From NCBI GenBank assembly GCA_038134595.1, contig JAYPVM010000007.1, forward strand, positions 1-64,000: DNA of 64,000 nt, in the 5' to 3' direction. A model generated the notes under the pieces. It saw only the letters and a program-made list of their open reading frames with translations. It searched no databases and was not told where the DNA came from. The DNA is from Pseudomonadota bacterium (GTDB taxonomy: Bacteria; Bdellovibrionota_C; UBA2361; OMII01). The position numbers and the translations under genes were made by a program. Positions 49,132 through 58,864 of the stretch are shown one piece after another (position 1 is the first letter of the stretch; every line of letters begins with the position of its first letter).

Positions 49132-51117
49132 ATGAAATCTCGTCTACTCTTATGTACTAAACGATTATTTACAGTAATAACCGTCCTCATCACACTGTAC
49201 TTTATTGCTATCTCTAATCATTCAATCGCACAAACCACCGACTCCCCCTCTGAGACCAATTCACCATATGTGTACGATCCGTTTGATCCCTTCGACTGGG
49301 GAGATACCGGCATTCTTTCTTCAGAAAAGGACGATCAAAACAAACCTGCCGAACAGTTACTACTGGAAGCAACCCAGCTATTAATGAGTCAGCATCTGCT
49401 CGATGCCCGCACAAAGCTACTTCGAGCTCTGAAAAAAGACCCAAAAAACTATCGAACATACTACACCCTTGCCACGTACTACCTCGTTCACGTCGGACAC
49501 TTTCGCTTGGCTCTTAAATACATTCAGCGCGCCGAGCAACTTTTTAGAGAGCAGCACGGTCCCGCTCCCTATCTAAATCCTACACAACAGATGGAGCACG
49601 CAACTATCTTATACTATCAAAGTCAGATTCGACTAAATCTCGATAACTATGCCGGTGCCCTCGAGTCTCTGGATACATATGCATCTCTGGGATATATGGC
49701 AGATTGGTATCCTGGTTCGCGCGCTTGGATTTTAATGAAGCTAGGGAGACTCCAGGAAGCTATCACAATCGCGCGAGCAGGAATCTTAACGGGGGCTGAA
49801 CCCAGTAGAACGCTCAACATGCTTGGCATTCTCCTCTCTATGAGTGGGCAGTCCACGGAGGCTCTTGAGGTCTTTAAAAAGGCGATAGGAAGCGAATTTG
49901 CTCTGGGCACAAGTGGTCAACCAGCAACTCCTCTAAACAATGCCGGTGAAGTGTATAAGGAGCTCTTTCAAGACGACAAGGCAGAGTCTGCCTTCTTGCG
50001 AGCGACCTCGCTTCCAGACGGATGTGAGCATGTACTACCGAGTCTCAACGTAGCGCTCCTTTATGTCGATCAACTCAGATTATCTGCTGCTGCCGCCGTT
50101 ATTAATACCTTCGAGCAGTGCATCGCACAATTTCCACTACGCAACAACGAAGAGCACAGTGCGCTCGTCCACCTCGCACGTGGCCGCTTAGCGCTTCATA
50201 CGGGTCACGTAGATACTGCCATTGTTCATTTTAGAGCAGCTATCGAAGGCACCCAGTGGTTTGGAAAAATCGGCACCAATGAAGACGATTTAATCGTTGC
50301 GGCATCTATCTCACTTGCACAAGCGTTACGGAGAAAAAACAACATCCTCAAGCTCTCTATCCCAAATAGCTTCTATGCTCGCTTACGTTCGTACAAAGAG
50401 CGTCTTACTAATTCTGTCGAAGCCTGGTGGAAATTGCGCCGGGCACGACAAATGCTCGTCAACGACCTATCTTCAATAGAAGATATACATATCCGTCACA
50501 CGGACAGCCTCCTTGAGTATCCTACTCTGGGTGAGGTTCTAAAGGGCATTACGACAACGAGCCTCTCTGAACGCATTCGCTCCGAAATTGCTGTCGATGC
50601 TAGGCCAGCTGCCGAATTGTACTACGCACTGTATTCGGCAGAAAATCGAATAGGCTGGTTCAATGCGCCCACGATCAAAACAGAGCTCACTAGAATTATT
50701 TCTCGAGCTAGGGTCAAAAACGACGCGCTCCTTAAAACTCATGCGCTATTGACTCGCTTGAGTCTTTCTACTCCCGGCACGAAGGCATACGATAGAGATG
50801 CATATGCAGTTTTTGTCGCAACGCCTGCTGCCCTTAGGAATTATGGATTTAGCCTCCCTGTTACCACATCTGGACTCTCCGATGAGATGAGAAAGCTCAT
50901 TTTTCGTGGTGCATTCGTTCCAACAGCAAACGATGCGCAATCAAAGAAGCAGTCGTGCAGCATTACAGCGCCCAGCCAAGGACAGCTGACATTTAGCTGC
51001 CACGTAATGCCGCAACGTAGTCGTACAGTTAAGGATGGCGATCCGATACAACTTGTGAATAAACTAATGGAAGCAATATTTACCGAGGAAATAGACAATG
51101 GAAGCCGTAGAACGTAA
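49132..51117 (+). CDS. Exported TPR-repeat protein
   Basis: N-terminal signal/TM segment and TPR-like repeats. Directly abuts the transglutaminase stop. Confidence 0.75.
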   Translation: MKSRLLLCTKRLFTVITVLITLYFIAISNHSIAQTTDSPSETNSPYVYDPFDPFDWGDTGILSSEKDDQNKPAEQLLLEATQLLMSQHLLDARTKLLRALKKDPKNYRTYYTLATYYLVHVGHFRLALKYIQRAEQLFREQHGPAPYLNPTQQMEHATILYYQSQIRLNLDNYAGALESLDTYASLGYMADWYPGSRAWILMKLGRLQEAITIARAGILTGAEPSRTLNMLGILLSMSGQSTEALEVFKKAIGSEFALGTSGQPATPLNNAGEVYKELFQDDKAESAFLRATSLPDGCEHVLPSLNVALLYVDQLRLSAAAAVINTFEQCIAQFPLRNNEEHSALVHLARGRLALHTGHVDTAIVHFRAAIEGTQWFGKIGTNEDDLIVAASISLAQALRRKNNILKLSIPNSFYARLRSYKERLTNSVEAWWKLRRARQMLVNDLSSIEDIHIRHTDSLLEYPTLGEVLKGITTTSLSERIRSEIAVDARPAAELYYALYSAENRIGWFNAPTIKTELTRIISRARVKNDALLKTHALLTRLSLSTPGTKAYDRDAYAVFVATPAALRNYGFSLPVTTSGLSDEMRKLIFRGAFVPTANDAQSKKQSCSITAPSQGQLTFSCHVMPQRSRTVKDGDPIQLVNKLMEAIFTEEIDNGSRRT

Positions 51118-52117
51118 TTCTTTTGATAACGCATACAAAGTATCAAAAAGTCTTGTTACAGCCCTATCACGTATCATTAGAGGGCGCACAGATACTATAG
51201 AGCTTGTTGTTGCGGCATTGATAGCAGACGGGCATGTGCTTCTTGAAGACTATCCCGGTTCAGGAAAAACAACTTTAGCAAAAACATTAGGTGGTCTAAT
51301 CGACAGCACACCTCATTCTGCTCTGTCTAACACCTCAACTGAAAAAGAGCCTATCATCGGTTTCCGAAGGATTCAGTTTACCCCTGACATGCTTCCCGGC
51401 GATGTATTGGGGGTCAATATATTCGATCCTAAAACAGGCCAGTTTAATTTCTTACACGGTCCTGTATTTGCACACATCGTATTAGCTGACGAGATAAATA
51501 GAACCGGTCCTAAGGTGCAATCAGCGTTTCTGGAATGTATGGCTGAAAAACAGGTCACGATTGATAACATCACGCATCAATTAGATGACCTCTTTTTTGT
51601 CCTTGGAACACAAAATCCGCTCGATTTGGCTGGAACATATCCCCTCCCTCAGGTGCAACTTGATAGGTTTTTATTCAGGGTTCCAATGTCATATGTTGAC
51701 GCCCAAACCGAACTTGCAATACTCGAAGACATCAAAGCAATTGAGAATGCTTCTTCAGAAGTCACTCCTATATGCACGCGGGAACAGATTCTGGCTGCTC
51801 GCGCTGCATGTGCCGAGGTGCATGTAGCAACCTCGTTGCAGAAAGCTATCGTCGATACTGTTCAGGCAACCCGAAATAATCCCATGATTCAATTTGGGGC
51901 ATCGACACGAGCCGCCTTAATGCTTCAAAAAGCCACCCGTGCATGGGCGATTCTCAACTCACGCGACTATGCAACACCAGATGATCTGCGGCACGTAGCG
52001 CCATTTGTTTTATTGCACCGACTGAAATTTCACGCAGGCGCTGGCGAAGCGCCCGCTGCTCTCGAGGAGCTTATGCGACCAGCCATGGAGAGAGCTGTCG
52101 CGGTAGGAGTCGGATAA
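51098..52117 (+). CDS. moxR: MoxR-family AAA+ ATPase
   Basis: GHVLLEDYPGSGKT, RIQFTPDMLPGD, LADEINR, TQNP, YPLPQVQLDRF. Confidence 0.93.
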   Translation: MEAVERNSFDNAYKVSKSLVTALSRIIRGRTDTIELVVAALIADGHVLLEDYPGSGKTTLAKTLGGLIDSTPHSALSNTSTEKEPIIGFRRIQFTPDMLPGDVLGVNIFDPKTGQFNFLHGPVFAHIVLADEINRTGPKVQSAFLECMAEKQVTIDNITHQLDDLFFVLGTQNPLDLAGTYPLPQVQLDRFLFRVPMSYVDAQTELAILEDIKAIENASSEVTPICTREQILAARAACAEVHVATSLQKAIVDTVQATRNNPMIQFGASTRAALMLQKATRAWAILNSRDYATPDDLRHVAPFVLLHRLKFHAGAGEAPAALEELMRPAMERAVAVGVG

Positions 52118-52169
52118 AACAGTTAATCGGGGTGGGTAGCCTCTCTAATACTGACAGCAATGTTTCACT

Positions 52170-52838
52170 ATGAGAAGAGCCATTTTAAAAGCAATCAACT
52201 ATCTAACACCGAAACGAGTTCTTCAGGACAATCACGACAAGAAAGTTTTTGTTATTGGGTTTAATAAGACCGGAACGAGCTCTTTCCACGAATTGTTTTG
52301 TATTAATCGCTTGGCCTCTCAACACTCCACATCTTGGAATCTTGACAGGTATCAATGCTTTTCTGACGGCGGAAATTATCATCCGTTCGAAAAACTATAC
52401 GCTCGATATCCAAGCTCTCTATTCATTCTCAACACGCGCTCTCTGGAAGACTGGCTGATTAGTCGCTTTCTTCACGGCTGTCGGTTTTCAGCAGAGTGGG
52501 CAAAGCCCGTAGGCAAAGACTTGGTTGAAAAGTGGGTTATCCATCGACGCAAATATCATAAACGGGTTCTTAATTGGTTTTCTCAATATCCAAACCAGCT
52601 TTGTGTTGTGAGCATAGACGCTACCGATTGGACCTCCTTAGTGGCAGATTTTTGCAAGCTTCCCCGGGTACGGAACGTTCACGCCTTTCAAACCCCACAT
52701 CTAGTCGACAAGGCGTGGATTGTTCGAGAAGTTGACGAAGCCCTTGATTTACTACAGATTTCAAAAGCAGAACGTCGAGAGCAGCTATTCCCGAGCCATC
52801 AAGACCTACTTTTGCCGTTTCGAAACAATATCACGTAA
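52170..52838 (+). CDS. Sulfotransferase-family protein
   Basis: KVFVIGFNKTGTSS (5'-PSB loop), FILNTRSLEDWLIS (3'-PB). Confidence 0.72.
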   Translation: MRRAILKAINYLTPKRVLQDNHDKKVFVIGFNKTGTSSFHELFCINRLASQHSTSWNLDRYQCFSDGGNYHPFEKLYARYPSSLFILNTRSLEDWLISRFLHGCRFSAEWAKPVGKDLVEKWVIHRRKYHKRVLNWFSQYPNQLCVVSIDATDWTSLVADFCKLPRVRNVHAFQTPHLVDKAWIVREVDEALDLLQISKAERREQLFPSHQDLLLPFRNNIT

Positions 52839-53000
52839 ACGCGACAACTGGGCTCCGCCCATAGAATGCAAGAATCCACCACAATCCTTTCCTGCCAATC
52901 AGAACACCCAAGACAGGAGACAAGCATGTTTTTTTCTCCGAACAAGATTTTTTAGAGGTGATTCATAAAGTTTATTCCTCACACAAACGAACCTCTATAT

Positions 53001-53576
53001 GTGCATGATGATTTTTTGAACCCACAGTTCGTTTTTTTCGGGCTCACAGCTTTATTTGGCCTCGGTGGCGCCCTATTCTACCTCTTCAGGCGACGACTGA
53101 GTCAGCCCTTCACCGATAGTAGGCTAGCAAAGCTCTATGGTGAGTTTCATGAGAGAATGTGTTACTTCGAGCGACAAGCCCAATCGCTTCATGAGCATGC
53201 TGAGGATTACGTAGCAGTCTTTAACACCCAAGATTGGCAAGGTCTCGTTTCAGAACTTGAGGTTCTACGCAAACAGGATGCTAAAATTCGCGAACTTACA
53301 AAGGCTGGCGATTTCGAAGCCGCAGAGAGGCTTTTACGCGAGATCTGTCATCACCCGAAGTCAGCTACCGAAGGTTTGGCACACGATGCTTGGACGTCTC
53401 ACATTCGGAGTTCTCTTAAGCGAGTCATCCATAACTTAGAGGTCACCACTGAGGAAGCACATAAGCTATCAAACACTTCTCGCAAACGAGGTCGGCGGCC
53501 TACATTAGTGACTCTCGCTGATGTTAAAAAAAGTATTTTAGAGGACGAGGGCATTAGAAGAGAGCTTTTCAAGTGA
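53001..53576 (+). CDS. Hypothetical protein with an N-terminal TM segment and helical body
   Basis: Hydrophobic FVFFGLTALFGLGGALFYLF followed by RRR. GTG start. Confidence 0.65.
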   Translation: MHDDFLNPQFVFFGLTALFGLGGALFYLFRRRLSQPFTDSRLAKLYGEFHERMCYFERQAQSLHEHAEDYVAVFNTQDWQGLVSELEVLRKQDAKIRELTKAGDFEAAERLLREICHHPKSATEGLAHDAWTSHIRSSLKRVIHNLEVTTEEAHKLSNTSRKRGRRPTLVTLADVKKSILEDEGIRRELFK

Positions 53577-53626
53577 TTCGTGAAAATCGCGCTCAGGAAT
53601 TGCAGTATTTCAGACGAACAGTCCTA

Positions 53627-54313
53627 TTACGTCTTTAATGAAAACGGGGTAAAATCTGTTTTATCGTCATAGAAGTCCTCATTCTCAGAACGCTTCAGAA
53701 ATGATACCACCTTGTACGTTATAGGAGTATTAACGGTCTCCCATCCTACCTTCAAAAAGTAATTTGCCACCATTACGCTTATAATAAGTTGGGTGTTCCA
53801 CGTACCATAAAACGCGATGGGATAGAAAACTAGCGTATCGACAAACTCCCCTACTATCGTAGAGCCAATGGTACGAGACCAAAGATGCTTGCCCCTCGTC
53901 CATACTTTCATCTTTGCGAGCGTGTACGAGTTGCAAAACTCCCCGCAGAAAAACCCAACAAGTGACGCAAAAGCGATCCTAGGAGTCGCTCCAAATATGG
54001 TCTCGACTGCGTCCTGATTCCGAAAACCCGCCGCAGGAGGAAGCGTTACGATGAGCCACGCCATAAAAGAGGCAAACGCTAACGCCCCAAATCCCGCCCA
54101 CACAACTTTTCTGGCTCTTGCATACCCGTATACCTCCGTAAGGATATCTCCAAAGATATAGCTTATCGGAAAAAATAAGTTTCCAGCAGAAAAAGCAAAT
54201 CCTCCTACTTGCGTAGCCTTTGTTGCGCCAATCACATTGGAACACAACAAAACCGTCACAAAACTAGCCATCACAAGGTCATAATACTTGTATGTCCGTT
54301 TTTGCATAGTCAT
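53627..54313 (-). CDS. yhhQ: Queuosine precursor transporter (VUT family)
   Basis: SNVIG, FFPISYIFGDILTEVYGY, RIAFASL, LWSRTIGST..GE..DT. Confidence 0.9.
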   Translation of the reverse strand: MTMQKRTYKYYDLVMASFVTVLLCSNVIGATKATQVGGFAFSAGNLFFPISYIFGDILTEVYGYARARKVVWAGFGALAFASFMAWLIVTLPPAAGFRNQDAVETIFGATPRIAFASLVGFFCGEFCNSYTLAKMKVWTRGKHLWSRTIGSTIVGEFVDTLVFYPIAFYGTWNTQLIISVMVANYFLKVGWETVNTPITYKVVSFLKRSENEDFYDDKTDFTPFSLKT

Positions 54314-54318
54314 AGCAC

Positions 54319-55461
54319 TTATAACACTAACTCAACGTTCACTCGGGGGATGACGACTTCAGTGTTACTATCATGAAGCCGCACAGTAACCACTCGAGCC
54401 ATAGCCTCAGTTTCTAGCCGTACCAAATCAGTCGGCAAATCCACTACCGTTGCCTGCTTTCCGAAATAAGGGACGCGTATAATTCGCACGATACTTCCAA
54501 CTTGCAGTCCAGCATCAGTAATGTTTGCACTTTGTTCAACAAGCTTGCTTACGAGCGATTGGTCAAGCACTCCATGACTTACTACTATCTCAGGCCGAAC
54601 CGCGCCCGCACGTACCTGCGTCGCTCCATTTATAGAAGCAAGCTTTCCATCACAGAACCCTAATAGACATTGTATCGTTGGATTTAATCCTATTGCGCCA
54701 AATCCTTCGGTGATAATAAGACTCATCGATAGATCCTCATCTCCTGTAAGAGCAATACCGATGTCGTATCCAACAAAATTTGATAGAGTTAAATCATCTA
54801 TTGATGCAGTAACAAATCCCACTGCACCTTCCTGTTTCGCTTTCTGCAAAACCTCTAAAGATGGGTTCCGTCCTCCTATCAATATCTTTCCACGACAATC
54901 CGGCGGGAGATGCTCTAAACCAACTGCATCATTAGGTAACACATCAAGCATGTGGATAATGCCTGTTTTTTCTCCTCCAACCCCAAAAATCCCCTGAACA
55001 AATACAGCCTGCGTAGCTATGAGAGCTCCCCTCTGTTCATAAATCGAGCGTACCTTTCCCTGAATATATGCGGGGACTTCAACTCTTGTCGAAGGCTCTC
55101 TGATTCCAAGATGCCCAGTTGCAGGCGTCACAAACTCAACAATACCGTCCACAGGAGATGAAACCGCACTCCTAAGCAAGCCCCACATGCTTGACGTTTC
55201 TGCTAAGACATCCCCCTTAGAAACCTTCGTCCCCTCTTCCACAGTAACACATGGCATTGCATCTTCCGGGTTTAGACTCAACGCGTCTGAAACTCGCACA
55301 ATATGAAGCTCACCCGGGCGGGCACTCTCAGCAATAACAGTGTCAGGAAAAACATCCTGACCCTCCACAACCGAAACGCTTCCTATCATCGGAAGTATTC
55401 GCTCTCTGACAACTTCTACGCTCCCAGAAATAGTGAGACTAGGTGTTAAAACATTCGTCAT
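54319..55461 (-). CDS. Uncharacterised protein of the GlmL-family operon, with hybrid (lipoyl-like) motifs and a C-terminal KOW-like motif
   Basis: GSVSVVEGQDV, VEEGTKVSKGDVLAE...SPVDGIV, QGIFGVGGE, ITEGFG, NGATQVRAG..RPEI, LQVGSIVRIIRVPYFG. ATGA overlap with glmL. Confidence 0.75.
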   Translation of the reverse strand: MTNVLTPSLTISGSVEVVRERILPMIGSVSVVEGQDVFPDTVIAESARPGELHIVRVSDALSLNPEDAMPCVTVEEGTKVSKGDVLAETSSMWGLLRSAVSSPVDGIVEFVTPATGHLGIREPSTRVEVPAYIQGKVRSIYEQRGALIATQAVFVQGIFGVGGEKTGIIHMLDVLPNDAVGLEHLPPDCRGKILIGGRNPSLEVLQKAKQEGAVGFVTASIDDLTLSNFVGYDIGIALTGDEDLSMSLIITEGFGAIGLNPTIQCLLGFCDGKLASINGATQVRAGAVRPEIVVSHGVLDQSLVSKLVEQSANITDAGLQVGSIVRIIRVPYFGKQATVVDLPTDLVRLETEAMARVVTVRLHDSNTEVVIPRVNVELVL

Positions 55462-57287
55462 CTGTCCATCTCGCCACTGTACAAACCAAGGCTCTGTAGA
55501 ATGTGCCTCTGGGCATCGATTGTAAAAGAATCCTCAATCATCGGACGATTTCGCCCATCTAAGATAAGGCCGCAGGCACCTAATCGTACGTTTTTAACAA
55601 CTCGCTTGCCTCTTCCTGCACCAATATCAACCGAAGCATGAGACGGAATAACCTCTAGCCGTCCATCTCGAACCTCGCCACCGGCAAATCCGACCATCGA
55701 GACCTCTCCTACACGCAAAACACCGCTATATGAGTCATTCCAAAGCACCTCTGCTATCTCGGTCCCACGGGGAAGTCGCTCCGAGAATATGGGCGCCACT
55801 GCCACTCCGAGAGGAATAAGGCAATCTCGGGTAAATATCTCATGAGCTCCCTCTAGATTGACCGTTGAGAAGACTCCAAGATGCGGAAGCATGAATATCG
55901 AATCAACAGCTAGCTCGGTTATTCCCTCTAAGGCAAATCCGTCAAGCATCATCAGCGCTGCTTGCATTCGATTGGGAGCATGACTTAACACTCCCCCCGA
56001 ACCTACAACAACATCAAGCTGCATCATATCCACAAGCTCAAATCGACTACTGGATTGACGAAAAATATTAGCGATTCCCTTTGTACTACCTCCATCGTCA
56101 ACCCCAATTGCCAACGATTTATGGTGAGCAAGGGCTAATCGCAGTGCTTCTCGACAGACTGTTTGCTCAACAACAAGGTCCTGCTTCGTCTGCGGTATCG
56201 AAGTGGGACGAATCATTTTATTTCGCAATCGATCGCGTAAATCTTCCTCAGCAATCGAGAAAGGAAGCCATCGCATGATGTTGCTAATTCCAGCCTCAAC
56301 CAACACATTGGCCATCGAATAGCTCATCCCAAGATTTGCACTAACTGAGCGATTCCCAATTTTCTTGCCCTGTGCATCTGGAAAAACTGAAAAAATATCG
56401 GTAGTGGCTCCACCAATATCGGCGCATAGTACGCTCTTTTCGCTCTCATTAGCATATGCATTAACCACCGCGCCAACTGCCGCTGGCGTTGGCATGACCG
56501 GTACTGGTGACATCCCGAGAAGCTTTCCATATCCCGGCGAGTGGCTCATGACATGCGACAAGAAAAGCTCATGTATCGCCTCTCTCGCAGGAGTAATATT
56601 CTCCGCGTCCAAAGTTGGCCGAACGTTTTGAACCACGATAACCTCAGCCACCCGTCCAAGAATCTCGCCAACCTCCTGAGCAGCATTCGCATTCCCCGCA
56701 TAGATGACTGGGAGCCTAAGTGTATCGCCAAATCGAGCCTTAGGATCTGCGGCGACTAATATTTCAGCCATTTCGACAACGTGAGAAGCAGAGCCTCCAT
56801 CAATTCCGCCTGTCAGAAGAACTATATCTGGCTTTACGTGGCGAATTCTCTCTACGCGCTGGTAATCTTCACGACCATCATCAGCAGAAACTGCATCCAT
56901 CACAATAGCTCCAGCGCCCAACGCCGCTCTCTGAGCTGATTCAGTCGAAATGGTACCGACAACGCCGACTACGAGCATTTGCAGCCCTCCACCCGCTGAG
57001 CTCGTGGATAAATAGAGATCAACGCCGATCGCAGGATTTTCTGCGCTAATAATCAACGCCCCAGAATCGTCGAGTAACTGTCTGCCACTAATCTCCTGAA
57101 TCTCTCGAAAGGCGTTACTTACTCCCACCGTAACATCGGCTACGGGTTCCTCTACAGTAGTCGGAGCTTCACCACGATACGTCTGCCTCCAACCCTCATC
57201 TGTTCTTTCAAAAAGAAGCGCCTTCGTCGTAGTAGAACCACAATCTGTCACTAATACGGTCGCTGCATTTTCGGGAGAAGGACTCAT
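55458..57287 (-). CDS. glmL: GlmL/MutL (glutamate mutase L) family ASKHA/actin-like protein
   Basis: TDCGSTTTK (phosphate 1), TSSAGGGL, AALGAGA, LLTGGIDGG, MPTP, ADIGGATTDIFS (phosphate 2), RSVSANLGMSYS, GSGGVLSHAP. TAATG overlap with the upstream gene. Confidence 0.85.
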   Translation of the reverse strand: MSPSPENAATVLVTDCGSTTTKALLFERTDEGWRQTYRGEAPTTVEEPVADVTVGVSNAFREIQEISGRQLLDDSGALIISAENPAIGVDLYLSTSSAGGGLQMLVVGVVGTISTESAQRAALGAGAIVMDAVSADDGREDYQRVERIRHVKPDIVLLTGGIDGGSASHVVEMAEILVAADPKARFGDTLRLPVIYAGNANAAQEVGEILGRVAEVIVVQNVRPTLDAENITPAREAIHELFLSHVMSHSPGYGKLLGMSPVPVMPTPAAVGAVVNAYANESEKSVLCADIGGATTDIFSVFPDAQGKKIGNRSVSANLGMSYSMANVLVEAGISNIMRWLPFSIAEEDLRDRLRNKMIRPTSIPQTKQDLVVEQTVCREALRLALAHHKSLAIGVDDGGSTKGIANIFRQSSSRFELVDMMQLDVVVGSGGVLSHAPNRMQAALMMLDGFALEGITELAVDSIFMLPHLGVFSTVNLEGAHEIFTRDCLIPLGVAVAPIFSERLPRGTEIAEVLWNDSYSGVLRVGEVSMVGFAGGEVRDGRLEVIPSHASVDIGAGRGKRVVKNVRLGACGLILDGRNRPMIEDSFTIDAQRHILQSLGLYSGEMDR

Positions 57288-57997
57288 TAAAACGTTCCTC
57301 CAGTCACATTGATGATAGCAGAAATCCAATCACGAGAGATGAACTGGACTCTTTCTACCAATAAAGCCAAGCGCGCCATCACAGTAGATCCAAAAAAAGC
57401 TCCAAAACATACCATCAGCAGGGGGCGTCCCCAACTGGCAGTTCTACTTTGCACAGAACCTGTCCGTCCAAGCGTAAAGAAAAAATAATTCAAAACAAGA
57501 AAAAGAATCGCCACAAACAAGAGATTATTAACACTCTCAACTGCCTGAAAACCGCCGTCTCTCCAGACCAAAATCGGCTTAAAACTACTTGCAATTTGAG
57601 GAATCACCTCAGCAAAAAATCCCCGTATAGCGAGCGCTCCACTAGCTCCAAGAGACACTCCTATCGCTATTTTTGAGAGCCATGCATGCTTTCTTGAGTA
57701 CATAGAGTAATACAACATGCCCAAGATCATTGGAAATACATACAAAAAATAAAGCGGTTGATATTCGGCTGAAAACGTTCCATCGGGATATGCTGTAATT
57801 GTATATCCCAGCATCGGTTCAACGATCTGGGGCCACAAAAAGTCCCTTAGCACTAGAATTGGCCCAATACCTGCCGCCACACCGATAAACATATGCTCAA
57901 AAATTCGATAGAAATAGTTCTCTTTGATTAAAAAACTAAATATCGCAATCGTTCCGATACCACCGAGTATAATAGAAAGAAGCTCTGATTGGGCCAT
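57287..57997 (-). CDS. Multi-pass membrane protein of the glmL operon
   Basis: FSFLIKENYFYRIFEHMFIGVAAG, about 6 hydrophobic segments, GRPLLMVCFGAFFGSTVMARL. Start 57997. Confidence 0.8.
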   Translation of the reverse strand: MAQSELLSIILGGIGTIAIFSFLIKENYFYRIFEHMFIGVAAGIGPILVLRDFLWPQIVEPMLGYTITAYPDGTFSAEYQPLYFLYVFPMILGMLYYSMYSRKHAWLSKIAIGVSLGASGALAIRGFFAEVIPQIASSFKPILVWRDGGFQAVESVNNLLFVAILFLVLNYFFFTLGRTGSVQSRTASWGRPLLMVCFGAFFGSTVMARLALLVERVQFISRDWISAIINVTGGTF

Positions 57998-57998
57998 A

Positions 57999-58862
57999 TC
58001 AATCACGTCTCCTCTTTGACCAGGAATACAGCGACACAACATTTCCAGCGACAATTAATAGAATAATCGCTATCTGCGCAGCACCCAATGCGGTGTTCGT
58101 TAACAACAGGTTCTTATGTGACGACTGAGGAAACGACCGTTGCAACAACTCTCCATACCAAGCCGCCCCAGCAATCCCCTCCAAAAGCCCGTGCAGCTGT
58201 TTTGAGTCTAAAAAGATGTATGCCTCTGGAATGGTAATCGAAGTACAACCATGCACAAATGTAGGTCGGTATCCCTTTTTCTGAAAGAACTGGATAATTG
58301 TATCAAATACTCCCGTAAGACCGGTTATCTCCCCAACTAATTTGATTTTCTCCACGCCTGTTATCTTTGCAAATGCCGGATAATGCTCAATTGGCATTCC
58401 TAATACGTCACGTCCTAGAAAAGTAGAAATATCCGTGGAGGCAACTAGTGATTGGATGTAGTTACCCGATCCCGGTTTATATCCTCCATTAATCCAACTC
58501 TCTCCGTACTTCCATTCCTGCTCTGGCATCTCTATATTCAATTTGTCGGCCACTTTGCGCGGAATAGTCTTTAAAAGCCCCTCTGAAAGCGGGTACTGGG
58601 AGAGTAAAAGAACAGGTATCCGACGACGAAACAAGTGCTCTAGCAAGACCTCTGCTTGCGCCCCGTTTTCTGCAATCGTATTGGGACCAAAATCAAGCCA
58701 GACAAGTGCAATATCTCCCTCTACGATAGAAACATTCTCAACAACCGAGTACATGCGCTCTGCAGAGATCATCCGCGCAGGCTTTGTCGAGAATCCAAAT
58801 ACGATAGGAATCGCAACAACTGCGATCATCAATAAATAAACATAGCGGTGAGAAAAACGCAT
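57999..58862 (-). CDS. Membrane protein (N- and C-terminal TM with a soluble loop domain) of the glmL operon
   Basis: TM at both ends; DFGP...E, YGESWINGGYKPG, SKQLHGLLEGIAGAAWY. Confidence 0.8.
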   Translation of the reverse strand: MRFSHRYVYLLMIAVVAIPIVFGFSTKPARMISAERMYSVVENVSIVEGDIALVWLDFGPNTIAENGAQAEVLLEHLFRRRIPVLLLSQYPLSEGLLKTIPRKVADKLNIEMPEQEWKYGESWINGGYKPGSGNYIQSLVASTDISTFLGRDVLGMPIEHYPAFAKITGVEKIKLVGEITGLTGVFDTIIQFFQKKGYRPTFVHGCTSITIPEAYIFLDSKQLHGLLEGIAGAAWYGELLQRSFPQSSHKNLLLTNTALGAAQIAIILLIVAGNVVSLYSWSKRRRD

Positions 58863-58864
58863 TC

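Noticed and set aside
55458..57287. Glutamate fermentation (methylaspartate pathway) inferred from glmL and gdh
   Set aside because: No mutase S/E subunits or methylaspartate ammonia-lyase occur in the window, and gdh is more than 30 kb away.
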